Assembly (NCBI GenBank): GCA_001695645.1
Contig: LVZN01000023.1
Location: 30,001 to 62,000 of the forward strand
Reading direction: 5' to 3'
DNA: 32,000 nucleotides
Source of the DNA: Erysipelotrichaceae bacterium MTC7
Lineage (GTDB): Bacteria; Bacillota_I; Bacilli_A; Erysipelotrichales; Erysipelotrichaceae
In this document: in pieces, positions 16,382 to 24,529 of the stretch
Position numbering within the stretch: the stretch's first letter is position 1
Layout: each line of letters begins with the position of its first letter
The notes under the pieces: generated by a model
Database searches by the model: none
The model's input: only the letters and a program-made list of their open reading frames with translations
Told to the model about the DNA's origin: nothing
Made by a program: the position numbers and the translations under genes

Positions 16382-17719
16382 TTATAATTTAAATAAAAAT
16401 ATATTCACATTCTCTTTACTGTCGCATAACACAACCAAAATCTCACCTTCAAAAATCCCTTCAAGATCATGACCTGATGGTAATTTCAAATGCTTGTCTT
16501 GGTATACAATATACGAATTATTGTAATCAATACCATTTTTCGTCTGTTGAATACGCAGAGAAATACCATGATTATTTTTACGTATTGAAGTAACAATTGG
16601 AATATCGTTATCAATGTTTTGGATATGGACAATTCTTTTTTCTTGACCAACCTGTACTTTATACATGCCATTATCATGAGCATAAAAAGTATAGTAGTCT
16701 TTAATGCGTGTATGCCACAACTGTTTTTGGTTACATTGCACACCTATATCTGCACTTGTGTTTGTATCAAATGGATATATTCGTACTTCAAGTGGTCCAG
16801 CAATGGGTTGTGGAACATAGCGAACTTCTTTAATTGTTTTCGTAACATTTGAAACTTTATCCTTTACAGTCGTTCTACTATCGTGAAAATCTTTGGTTGT
16901 AATTTGTTCATACTCCTGAAAAGAACTAAAGTTAACACTTTGGTTCACTGCACCTGTAAGCTGAAAATTTGGAAGGATGACCATACTTGAAAAAACACAT
17001 GAGATGACAAGACTCATTGTTTCCATTCTAGACAAAGCCTGATGCACTACCTTGCCATATGACCTCTTCTTCACATTACGCATCTTCACTTTACATGCAC
17101 GTTGGTTATCTTTTTGCATGATATCAAATATGTAGAACCCACCATTGTAGCTATAATACTCATCTGGCGTGTATCCTTGTTTTTTCAAATCTGTAATCAG
17201 TTTTTGTCGTACTTCGTAAATTCTACTTTTGACCAAACTTGGTTTGATTTCCAATTTCTCAGCAATTTCTTTCTGGGAAAGTCCTGCTAGAAAACGAAGT
17301 TGGGCTGTTTCTTTGTAAGTTGGACTTAACTTTTGAAACGAAGCGAGAATCGCATTCATAATCGTTGTATTATCAAAGTCAAGCTGCGGATTTTCTGGTG
17401 AAACGACAAGTTGCTCTAAATCACATTCATCGCTTATTTGCACAGTTTGTTTCTTTCGCTTTAGTTTTGTCTTACATATATTTCCTGCAATACCAAAAAT
17501 CCAATAGTGAAACGCTTCTTGATTTCGTAGTTGATAGATTTTTTCAGTTATGACACACATGACATCCTGAACAACTTCTTCTGCATCGTGAGTATTACGT
17601 AAAATCGATAGTGCATAGCAATATAATGGTCCTTGGTAAAATTCAAAGATTTCAACGAGTGCATGTTTATCACCATTTTGTAGTCTATTGACAACGCTAT
17701 CTTCTATCCGCTTATTCAT
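16382..17719 (-). CDS. Sigma-70 family (ECF-like) sigma factor fused to a TM helix and a roughly 190-aa extracytoplasmic domain (paralog 1)
   Basis: Region 2 reads DAEEVVQDVM...FHYWIFGIAGN. The region 4 HTH reads LSQKEIAEKLEIKPSLVKSRIYEVRQKL. A basic stretch KVKMRNVKKRSYGK precedes the TM helix TMSLVISCVFSSMVILPNF (nt about 16964-17023), followed by a beta-rich C-terminal domain. Confidence 0.85.
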   Translation of the reverse strand: MNKRIEDSVVNRLQNGDKHALVEIFEFYQGPLYCYALSILRNTHDAEEVVQDVMCVITEKIYQLRNQEAFHYWIFGIAGNICKTKLKRKKQTVQISDECDLEQLVVSPENPQLDFDNTTIMNAILASFQKLSPTYKETAQLRFLAGLSQKEIAEKLEIKPSLVKSRIYEVRQKLITDLKKQGYTPDEYYSYNGGFYIFDIMQKDNQRACKVKMRNVKKRSYGKVVHQALSRMETMSLVISCVFSSMVILPNFQLTGAVNQSVNFSSFQEYEQITTKDFHDSRTTVKDKVSNVTKTIKEVRYVPQPIAGPLEVRIYPFDTNTSADIGVQCNQKQLWHTRIKDYYTFYAHDNGMYKVQVGQEKRIVHIQNIDNDIPIVTSIRKNNHGISLRIQQTKNGIDYNNSYIVYQDKHLKLPSGHDLEGIFEGEILVVLCDSKENVNIFLFKL

Positions 17720-18051
17720 TATCCACTCCCTTTCGATTGCATTTCTTTTTCATATAGATTCACCAACACGATCAATTGCGACTATTTAGACACTACAAGA
17801 AACGATGTCAGAAATGTTGCCAACCCATTTTATAAAAATAATTGATTAATTGCAATATTTTAATAAATAATTTAATGATTATTCATAACATAATCGATAA
17901 GTAAAGCGAAGTCGTTGATCAACAACCCATTACTCGGTGTCTAGATCTAGCAAGTGTTCGTGTTGTCTTTTAGCTTATTGAAGAAAAAAAGCAGAGAGTA
18001 TGATCAGTAAGTTGGGGTTTACTGATATACCCTGAACAATTTGAAATAAAG

Positions 18052-18107
18052 AAAAGATAGATAATGAATAATCTACGTTTATTAGTAGATGACAAAATCT
18101 ATCTTTT
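18052..18107. terminator. Compound inverted repeat (terminator-like) in the long non-coding gap
   Basis: AAAAGATAGAT (18052-18062) pairs with ATCTATCTTTT (18097-18107). An inner ATCTAC/GTAGAT stem lies inside. T-runs are present on both strands. The arms match those of the 14399-14448 repeat. Confidence 0.4.
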
Positions 18108-18212
18108 TTGTATTTTTTCATTGTAAGGACAAATTAAAATGTTACTCCTTCATAAACACATGATAGTACATGTTATGACACTATCGATGGAATCATAAAA
18201 CAATTCCTAACG

Positions 18213-18247
18213 CTAAAAAGGCTGCTCCTTAGGACCAACCTTTTTAG
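18213..18247 (-). terminator. Candidate terminator downstream of the GH89 gene
   Basis: CTAAAAAGG (18213-18221) pairs with CCTTTTTAG (18239-18247), a 9-bp stem with a 17-nt loop. It lies about 150 nt past the stop. Confidence 0.45.
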
Positions 18248-18397
18248 ACATATGAATGAAGGGCATACGTATCCAAATTTCATTGCATGCACACTGTCTC
18301 GACGATTTTATATATGAAATCTACACATGCTTTGAATTTATATTTACGAATCTCAATCTTCACTTTATCAAAACTATTTTCATAGTTTCAACCAAAT

Positions 18398-21300
18398 TTA
18401 TTTTGCTTTTGTAAAGCGTTTACGTCCTAGCGCATACATCAATACAAGTGCAAAGCCTAAGACGACTACATCTCTTGCAACATTTGTTGCATCACCCGTA
18501 TTCGTTCCTGAACCAGTACTACTTTGATCACCTTGACCCTCTGGCGAGATGTTTGGTAATGAAACTCCTGGTTTTACTTCCAAGTTACGAATTGCGTTTT
18601 CTAAGTTTGCAAATGCATCTTGTAGTTGTGATACGCTTGCTTGCTCATCTGCAAACACTGCAAGTGCTTGTTGGTAAGCAAGTTCAAATGCAGTATATGA
18701 TGCTAATGTATAGTCACTTCCATCAAGATATGCTTTTGCTTGTTCAAGCAGGTTTGCTAGTGCATCTTTGCTTGGTGCATAATCTGCATCAACAAGTGCA
18801 TCAATAGCTTGTTGCAATGCTGCATTTGCATCATCTAATTCCACTTGATTTATGCTCACTTGGATAGCGATGTCTTGTGCTTTCTTCAAAGCAGCAAGCA
18901 ATTGCTTCCACGAGTTCTCTGTATAGTCTTCACCATGCAGTTTACGTACGTTTGCAATCGTATCAAGCAAGCTTTGACGATTCAACAAGACAAGTTGATC
19001 TACTTTGTCTTGCACATCTTTGCACATTTGATCAAGGTCTTCTTGATTGACACTGATTTGGTTGTAAAGTGCGTTAGCAATTTGACTAAGTTCGACCAAC
19101 TGTGCATAGGAATCTTTACTATACAAAGATTCATCAAGTGCTGCTACTTGGTCCAACAAGGCTAACAATTGACTACGGTCAAGTGTTACGAGTTGCTCCA
19201 TCGCCGCAAGTAAAGCATCTGTTGCTGCTTCAATTTCAAGCATTGACGTGCTTGTTTCATTTATTTTAAGCGCTTGTTGTAAAGCACTCGTGATAGCTTT
19301 CCATGAGTCTTTTGTGTAATCTTTTTCTTGTAATGTACTTGCTTGCGCAATGGCTTCTACCAGTGCATCTTTGTTGTAGGTAACCATACCATCCTTAAAT
19401 GTAGTAATGGCTGTTTCTAGTGCACTTGTAATCGCATCAATTTCACTCGTTGGTTTACTTTGATGGTATCCACTAGTCGCTACTTGAATTGCCTTTTCTA
19501 AAGCATCCATTGTTGCTTGACTGACTTGTCCAACTTGGTTTCCCACAGAGGTTTCTTCAACTAAGCTTTGTGCAATGGCAAGTGTTGCATGATAGCGTCC
19601 AATGCTATCGAGTTTGGCAATGGCTACCTCTTTTGCTTGTTGCAAAGTCAAGGCCGCCTCATCCAATTGTTGCTGACTTACTTTGGTTGTATCGTAAACG
19701 ACTTTCGCTTTGTCGTATGCAGATGTTAGGGTTGCATCATCTGCCAATTCATCAATAGCAAGTAAAGCTTTTACTTCACATAGTTCCACCAACAATCCGG
19801 TACGATCAATGGTAATGTAAGTTTTAAGGAAGGCTGCATATGCATCTTTCAATGCTTGGATGTGTGCATTTGCTTCAGCTGAATTTAAAGCATTCGTTAA
19901 GGCTTGTTTTGCAACATCCACCTTTTGATCAAGTGCATCTTTTGCAGCTTGTGGATAATTCCCTGCATATTCACCAATGGTTACTTTTGCAAGTGCATCG
20001 TTTAACGTATGGATGTACGCTTCTAATGCTGCATTTGCTTCCTTGTGATACAAGTTAAAATCATGAAGTTCACATGCATTTAACAAAGTTAAACGAATGC
20101 GACTTGTTAATACTGGATCAAATTGTGTGACATGTTTTTTGCTGATGCTTAAGTTGTTCGATTCATCATCTAGCATTTCCCAAGTATCAACTTTTGCATC
20201 ATTTGCGTATTCCACTTTGTATTGTAGTGCTGATGTTGCATCTTTATACAACTCATACGCGTAAATATCAACTGGTTTTTCAAATGCAAAGATAAGCTCT
20301 GTTTCTCCTTGTTGATTGAAGTTTACAAATGTGTCATAGTTTCCATCCACTAGTTTTGCTTTTTCATCTGCGCTCAAATCAACATTTGAAGTGATGGTCG
20401 CAGTTTCTGACATACTTTCTGGTTTTGTGTAGGCCTCAATTTCTGAAAGTGCAGGCGACGCCAAATAGAAGTTTCCACCTTGTGCACGGCCTTCGATTAC
20501 GACGTGAATCTTTGAACCAACGATGTTTGCTGGAATTGTATACATCGCATCTAAATCGGCTACATTATCTAATTTATCAAGAATGGTTGTACGTTTCCCT
20601 GAAGCATCTTCGATATCGACTTTAAACTGAAAGCGAATTCCTGCCTTTTCAAAATACACGCGTACTTCACTGATTTCTTGATCTGCTTGTAAATCTGTAG
20701 TAAACGTTGTTGGGAAAATATCCGTTTGAATGTTTTCCAAATCGCTTAGATCCCCATTTGTTAATTTGTCTGTGTTATATTGTTTCTTTTCGTTGCTAAC
20801 AAGTCCTGGTTTGCCAGCTGCTATGTTTTCACTTTTGAATGATACTTCTTGTTCTTTTAGTATTTTAACTTCTGCAAGTGCTGCCCATGCGCCAGGAATC
20901 GATCCACCAGTTGCACGACCAATAAATTCAATGGATACCTTTTTCACATTTGCATTTACACTAATCTTATACATGCGTTCAAGATCAACCGCGTTATTTG
21001 ACATATCTAACACGGTGGTTTTTACGCCTTTTGCATCTTCTACAACCACTTTGTACTTGAATGGTAAGTCTTTCTTTTCAAAGTATAGTTCGATAAGATC
21101 CACATGTTCTTCTTTGCTTAAATCGATGTAGAAGTTTGTTGGAAAATGACCTCCATCATTTACCCAAATACTTCCCAAATCACCATCGATGGCATTACTT
21201 GGCGCTCTTCCGCCTTGTGAATTACGATCTGAACTTGCAGTTGCACTTAGCGCTAAGTTTTCGTATACAGCTTTCTTTTCCGCTTTTCCATATACGATAA

Positions 21301-23104
21301 GTTCCGTTACTTCTGGAATAATGCTAGTATCACTTGTTGATAAAGTAAAGCGCACTTGACTAGCAATTCCACGATAGTCAATTAGGGTTTGACTTGTCAT
21401 CAACTGCTCTTCTTGTTTGGCAATGGATGTCCAAGAACCATCTTGGAAAACTTCAACTTCATAGGCGTATGGAAAACCACCTGCAAGTTGTGGCAATGAA
21501 ATTTCCATACCCTCAATACTTGATACGTTTTCTAAGTCCACAGTTAACGTAAATGTGCCCTCGTTTTTTTCTGCTTTCCATGGTGTGTTTTTATTTCCAT
21601 CGGTTAGATTGCTTAGTGGGTTTTGATGGTCACTAGTAACTGAAGCACTTACGTTTTTGCCTAACGCAATGTTTTCTTTTTCTTCCACTTCCCCAACAAT
21701 CGTTTCTAAAACATCCAAGCTATAGTTTTCACAAGCTTGTAACGTAAGTTGGCTAATGTCTAAATCTGAAGCAGTTGTTGTATACGTGCTTCCTTCATCA
21801 CTTTTCTTGTTGACCCATGCCCACTCCATCATAAACCAATCACGGTTTGGCATATTTGTTCCACTTGCTAAGTTTGCTTTTATATCATTTACCCAACGTT
21901 CCCATCTAGGATAGTAGTAGTCTTTTGTAAGTCCTGCCCACTGACGGTTGGAGTAGTCTTTTAATCCACCACCATTGGCATTCTTTTTACCACCCCAAGT
22001 GGTAATCAAACTTCGCGCATTGAATTCAAATAAATCCTTTGTCCAATCATCTGCATCAGCCAACATACTGCGTGCATCTTCTAACCAATTTCCAACGAGG
22101 AAATCCTGGTTTGTTGATAAGACTTGATCTTGTAGTAAAATCATTTCTAAAAATTTATCTGCGACTGCACTAAATTGTTTTTCATCTTTTGCATTGTATG
22201 CATTGACCATCGCTTTGTGATAGTCTTGTGCTGCATTGGCAAGTACTTGACGTGTAATATCAGATAGATCGTATAAGAAAGCAGGACTGTCTTTGAATGT
22301 ATCGTAATTTTTAGCCATCAAATACGCAGCTCGTTCAAGTTCTTTTTTATCGTAGTTGATGGTACTGTGTCCCCAAGTTGAAGCAGATGTAAAGTTCATC
22401 GTAGGCCGTGCATTCATCACGGATTCAGCTGCCCCTTGGTAATAGCTGTTTTTCTGGTTGTAGCCAGTATCCAGCAAGATGTTCCATACTTCTTCAATAT
22501 CTTGGTTGGTTCCACCATAATTGCGTTCTGCGTACTTTTGCACCCAATCACGGTAATCGATGGCATCCTTTGTCCATGTCATATCCCACAACAGTTCGTA
22601 AGCCATTGGTGAATTTTCAAGGGCTTCTGGTGTCATTCCAATTCCTGTCATATACGATTTTTCGGCATATGCTTTTGGAATTTCTTGTGCTAGTTTTGCT
22701 GGATTTGCATCAAGACCCATGCGCCCACCAAAGTTGTGAAGCATGTTCCAAACCCAAGGGATTTGATTGCGTTCCATCACATCGGATTGCGAATTGATTT
22801 CCGAGAATAAATCCAAGACCATCGCATGATCTTTTTCCTTGAGTCCTTGTAGTTTTGCATCTGACATACTACCTTGCCATTGTTGGATTAACCAAATCGC
22901 ATCTTTGTCATGTTCCATCATTTTCTTTTGAATGATCTCATAAACTTTACTTACATTCATATCTCCAGTTCTTCCACCTTCATGGAAAGGGTCCACTGCA
23001 TAGATATCTGTAATCTCACCAAATAGATCAGTTTGTGCTTGATAGAACACATCTGCCATTTCATCAAAATAGTCTTTTCCACTATTCACATATGTCGCTA
23101 ACAT
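18398..23104 (-). CDS. GH89 alpha-N-acetylglucosaminidase, downstream fragment: rest of TIM barrel, C-terminal helical domain, four CBM32-like modules, FIVAR repeats and a wall-sorting signal
   Basis: The NAGLU-like catalytic region includes AVDPFHEGG and WVWNMLHNFGG. The F5/8 type C-like modules include NLTDGNKNTPW and NAIDGDLGSIW. Ala-rich FIVAR units of about 70 aa include DYTKDSWKAITSALQQA. The C-terminus reads TNTGD, then a hydrophobic helix, then GRKRFTKAK. The tracked ATG is probably not a real start (see pseudogene entry). Confidence 0.85.
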   Translation of the reverse strand: MLATYVNSGKDYFDEMADVFYQAQTDLFGEITDIYAVDPFHEGGRTGDMNVSKVYEIIQKKMMEHDKDAIWLIQQWQGSMSDAKLQGLKEKDHAMVLDLFSEINSQSDVMERNQIPWVWNMLHNFGGRMGLDANPAKLAQEIPKAYAEKSYMTGIGMTPEALENSPMAYELLWDMTWTKDAIDYRDWVQKYAERNYGGTNQDIEEVWNILLDTGYNQKNSYYQGAAESVMNARPTMNFTSASTWGHSTINYDKKELERAAYLMAKNYDTFKDSPAFLYDLSDITRQVLANAAQDYHKAMVNAYNAKDEKQFSAVADKFLEMILLQDQVLSTNQDFLVGNWLEDARSMLADADDWTKDLFEFNARSLITTWGGKKNANGGGLKDYSNRQWAGLTKDYYYPRWERWVNDIKANLASGTNMPNRDWFMMEWAWVNKKSDEGSTYTTTASDLDISQLTLQACENYSLDVLETIVGEVEEKENIALGKNVSASVTSDHQNPLSNLTDGNKNTPWKAEKNEGTFTLTVDLENVSSIEGMEISLPQLAGGFPYAYEVEVFQDGSWTSIAKQEEQLMTSQTLIDYRGIASQVRFTLSTSDTSIIPEVTELIVYGKAEKKAVYENLALSATASSDRNSQGGRAPSNAIDGDLGSIWVNDGGHFPTNFYIDLSKEEHVDLIELYFEKKDLPFKYKVVVEDAKGVKTTVLDMSNNAVDLERMYKISVNANVKKVSIEFIGRATGGSIPGAWAALAEVKILKEQEVSFKSENIAAGKPGLVSNEKKQYNTDKLTNGDLSDLENIQTDIFPTTFTTDLQADQEISEVRVYFEKAGIRFQFKVDIEDASGKRTTILDKLDNVADLDAMYTIPANIVGSKIHVVIEGRAQGGNFYLASPALSEIEAYTKPESMSETATITSNVDLSADEKAKLVDGNYDTFVNFNQQGETELIFAFEKPVDIYAYELYKDATSALQYKVEYANDAKVDTWEMLDDESNNLSISKKHVTQFDPVLTSRIRLTLLNACELHDFNLYHKEANAALEAYIHTLNDALAKVTIGEYAGNYPQAAKDALDQKVDVAKQALTNALNSAEANAHIQALKDAYAAFLKTYITIDRTGLLVELCEVKALLAIDELADDATLTSAYDKAKVVYDTTKVSQQQLDEAALTLQQAKEVAIAKLDSIGRYHATLAIAQSLVEETSVGNQVGQVSQATMDALEKAIQVATSGYHQSKPTSEIDAITSALETAITTFKDGMVTYNKDALVEAIAQASTLQEKDYTKDSWKAITSALQQALKINETSTSMLEIEAATDALLAAMEQLVTLDRSQLLALLDQVAALDESLYSKDSYAQLVELSQIANALYNQISVNQEDLDQMCKDVQDKVDQLVLLNRQSLLDTIANVRKLHGEDYTENSWKQLLAALKKAQDIAIQVSINQVELDDANAALQQAIDALVDADYAPSKDALANLLEQAKAYLDGSDYTLASYTAFELAYQQALAVFADEQASVSQLQDAFANLENAIRNLEVKPGVSLPNISPEGQGDQSSTGSGTNTGDATNVARDVVVLGFALVLMYALGRKRFTKAK
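18600..20080 (-). repeat. FIVAR-type alanine-rich helical coding repeats (about 6-7 units)
   Basis: Blocks of the form D..AL..A...A......YT..SW..L..AL..A recur in the translated protein. Confidence 0.7.
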
Positions 23105-23134
23105 ATCCGGACGTGCAAACCCACACCAGTCACC

Positions 23135-24454
23135 TTATGCAATCACTGCAGCATCCGCAAATTTTGTTTTAAAGTTACTAGGAACCATGCCAGAGAATCC
23201 ACTTAACACTGGAGTTATACCATAGGTTTGCATGCGGTCATGCATTTGTCTTCCTAGTTCCACGCGGCTTTCAAACCAATTATCGGGTAATGGTCCTCCA
23301 TACCCAGTCATATTTTGCATATAGTACCAAGCAAAGTATCCTGGCCCAGAAATGTATTCTTTAATTTCTGTGTCACTGTAACCATATGCTTGTAAGGTAC
23401 GACGAACGACTTCTTCTTGACCCACAATATCAAGTACGGTATTGATTCCAGACATGGCTGCCCAGTCTAGAAATGCTTCATATTCATTCCAGTCCCAAAA
23501 AGCCATCGTATACGAATAAGTACAGAAGTTTAATGCATAACGATAATCATACTCTGTTTCCTTCACAATTTTTTTGTCGAGTGCTGGTAAGCTTTCTGGC
23601 ATTTGCAGTTGTGAAGCAAAGATTGGGTTGTAATCAACCTTACAGTAATTGCGTAAGTAGTAATTGAATCCTGAAGCCATCGCCACCCCATTGTTTCCAC
23701 GAATGATAATGGTTCCTTCCGCCCCGTTTTCTAGTTCAAAAATATCTTTTCCCTCTAAGTCATCGCGCATTTCAAACGTGAACTTACCAGTCCATGCTTC
23801 CCCAATAACGCGTCCAACTAAGTTTGACATTTCTTGTAAAGTCTTCGAGTTTGCATACGCTTGATCGTTTGCAAATTTGTCATACGCATCTTTCCATTTG
23901 GTATCTGCAAAGTTATCAACCTCAATTTTATTTTGGTCAACTTGTTTATCACCAATGCGTTCCCCGTATACTTCAACCTCGGCAAGATTTCCCTCCATCA
24001 TACCTGAGGTATAACTTAAATTAATTCGGATAACACTCGCTTCTACACCTGCTAGCGCATGGCTATCCCCTGCTGTTGTTGCTTTTGTCTCATCATCTTT
24101 GTACGCAACTTTCTCAAATGATGATCCGGTTTTGGATGCATAGATTTGATAGTTATAGTATGGTCCTACATTGTTGAAAATTTTAATCTCACTAAGGTTG
24201 TATAAACCATCCAATTGTAAATCAATGCTCCGGTAATGATCTTCTTGGGAGTTTGAAGATGGTGTTTGATAAAATGTATTTTTATTACCATCCACTGCCA
24301 AAGATGCATCATGTCCACTTGAGCTTTTTGCTGTTGCCGTAATATTTTCTATTTTACTTTGCGCTGCTTTTAAAGAAACTTCTGGATAAGTTACTACGCT
24401 TAACGCCATAAGTGTTGAAAATGCTACACACAATAATGTCCTCAATTTATGCAT
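23135..24454 (-). CDS. GH89 alpha-N-acetylglucosaminidase, upstream fragment: signal peptide, CBM32, NAGLU N-domain and start of the TIM barrel
   Basis: AAGGAGG lies upstream of the ATG. The signal peptide reads MHKLRTLLCVAFSTLMALSVV. The F5/8 type C module includes AVDGNKNTFYQ. The NAGLU N-terminal and catalytic motifs end at ...GFSGMVPSNFKTKFADAAVIA, then TAA. Confidence 0.85.
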   Translation of the reverse strand: MHKLRTLLCVAFSTLMALSVVTYPEVSLKAAQSKIENITATAKSSSGHDASLAVDGNKNTFYQTPSSNSQEDHYRSIDLQLDGLYNLSEIKIFNNVGPYYNYQIYASKTGSSFEKVAYKDDETKATTAGDSHALAGVEASVIRINLSYTSGMMEGNLAEVEVYGERIGDKQVDQNKIEVDNFADTKWKDAYDKFANDQAYANSKTLQEMSNLVGRVIGEAWTGKFTFEMRDDLEGKDIFELENGAEGTIIIRGNNGVAMASGFNYYLRNYCKVDYNPIFASQLQMPESLPALDKKIVKETEYDYRYALNFCTYSYTMAFWDWNEYEAFLDWAAMSGINTVLDIVGQEEVVRRTLQAYGYSDTEIKEYISGPGYFAWYYMQNMTGYGGPLPDNWFESRVELGRQMHDRMQTYGITPVLSGFSGMVPSNFKTKFADAAVIA

Positions 24455-24483
24455 AAAATCCTCCTTTTTAAGTATGCGCTTAC

Positions 24484-24489
24484 ATTATA
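24484..24489 (-). promoter_or_regulatory. Candidate -10 box (TATAAT) of the GH89 promoter with no good -35, possibly activator dependent
   Basis: The revcomp of 24484-24489 is TATAAT, about 30 nt upstream of the GH89 ATG. An AT-rich 8-of-9 inverted repeat (24506-24530) lies between it and the RR stop. Confidence 0.35.
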
Positions 24490-24529
24490 TAGAGGAAACT
24501 GTAGTAATTTGCTATAAAAATTAGCAATT

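Larger units (their letters stand above)
18398..24454 (-). pseudogene. GH89 alpha-N-acetylglucosaminidase interrupted by a single in-frame TAA (23135-23137); intact reading frame would be about 2018 codons
   Basis: The sequence reads ...AAVIA-TAA-GDWCGFARPDM-LATYV... The two ORFs are in the same frame, with exactly 10 sense codons between the stop and the tracked ATG. Those codons encode conserved-looking NAGLU sequence (G.W.GF). Confidence 0.6.

Noticed and set aside
18064-18126. Mini-ORFs in the long gap (MNNLRLLVDDKIYLFCIFSL at 18064-18126, plus a 19-aa ORF further downstream in the gap and a 17-aa ORF on the - strand)
   Set aside because: None has a Shine-Dalgarno sequence. The first simply spans the hairpin and T-run, and there is no sign of conservation to judge from.
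18448-22797. + strand ORFs inside the GH89 gene (for example 18448-18807, 18845-19165, 20730-21131, 22408-22797), and similar ones inside the HK, RR, helicase and LRR genes
   Set aside because: They are antisense shadows of long, well-supported minus-strand genes. The Leu/His/Gln-rich or Ser-rich low-complexity translations have no recognisable motifs or start signals.
23135-23137. TAA inside GH89 as a recoded sense codon or evidence of an alternative genetic code
   Set aside because: TAA is used as the terminator of several well-defined genes here (for example 1067-1069, 8539-8541, 10853-10855, 9844-9846). Standard code 11 applies, so a nonsense mutation or sequencing error is the simpler reading.
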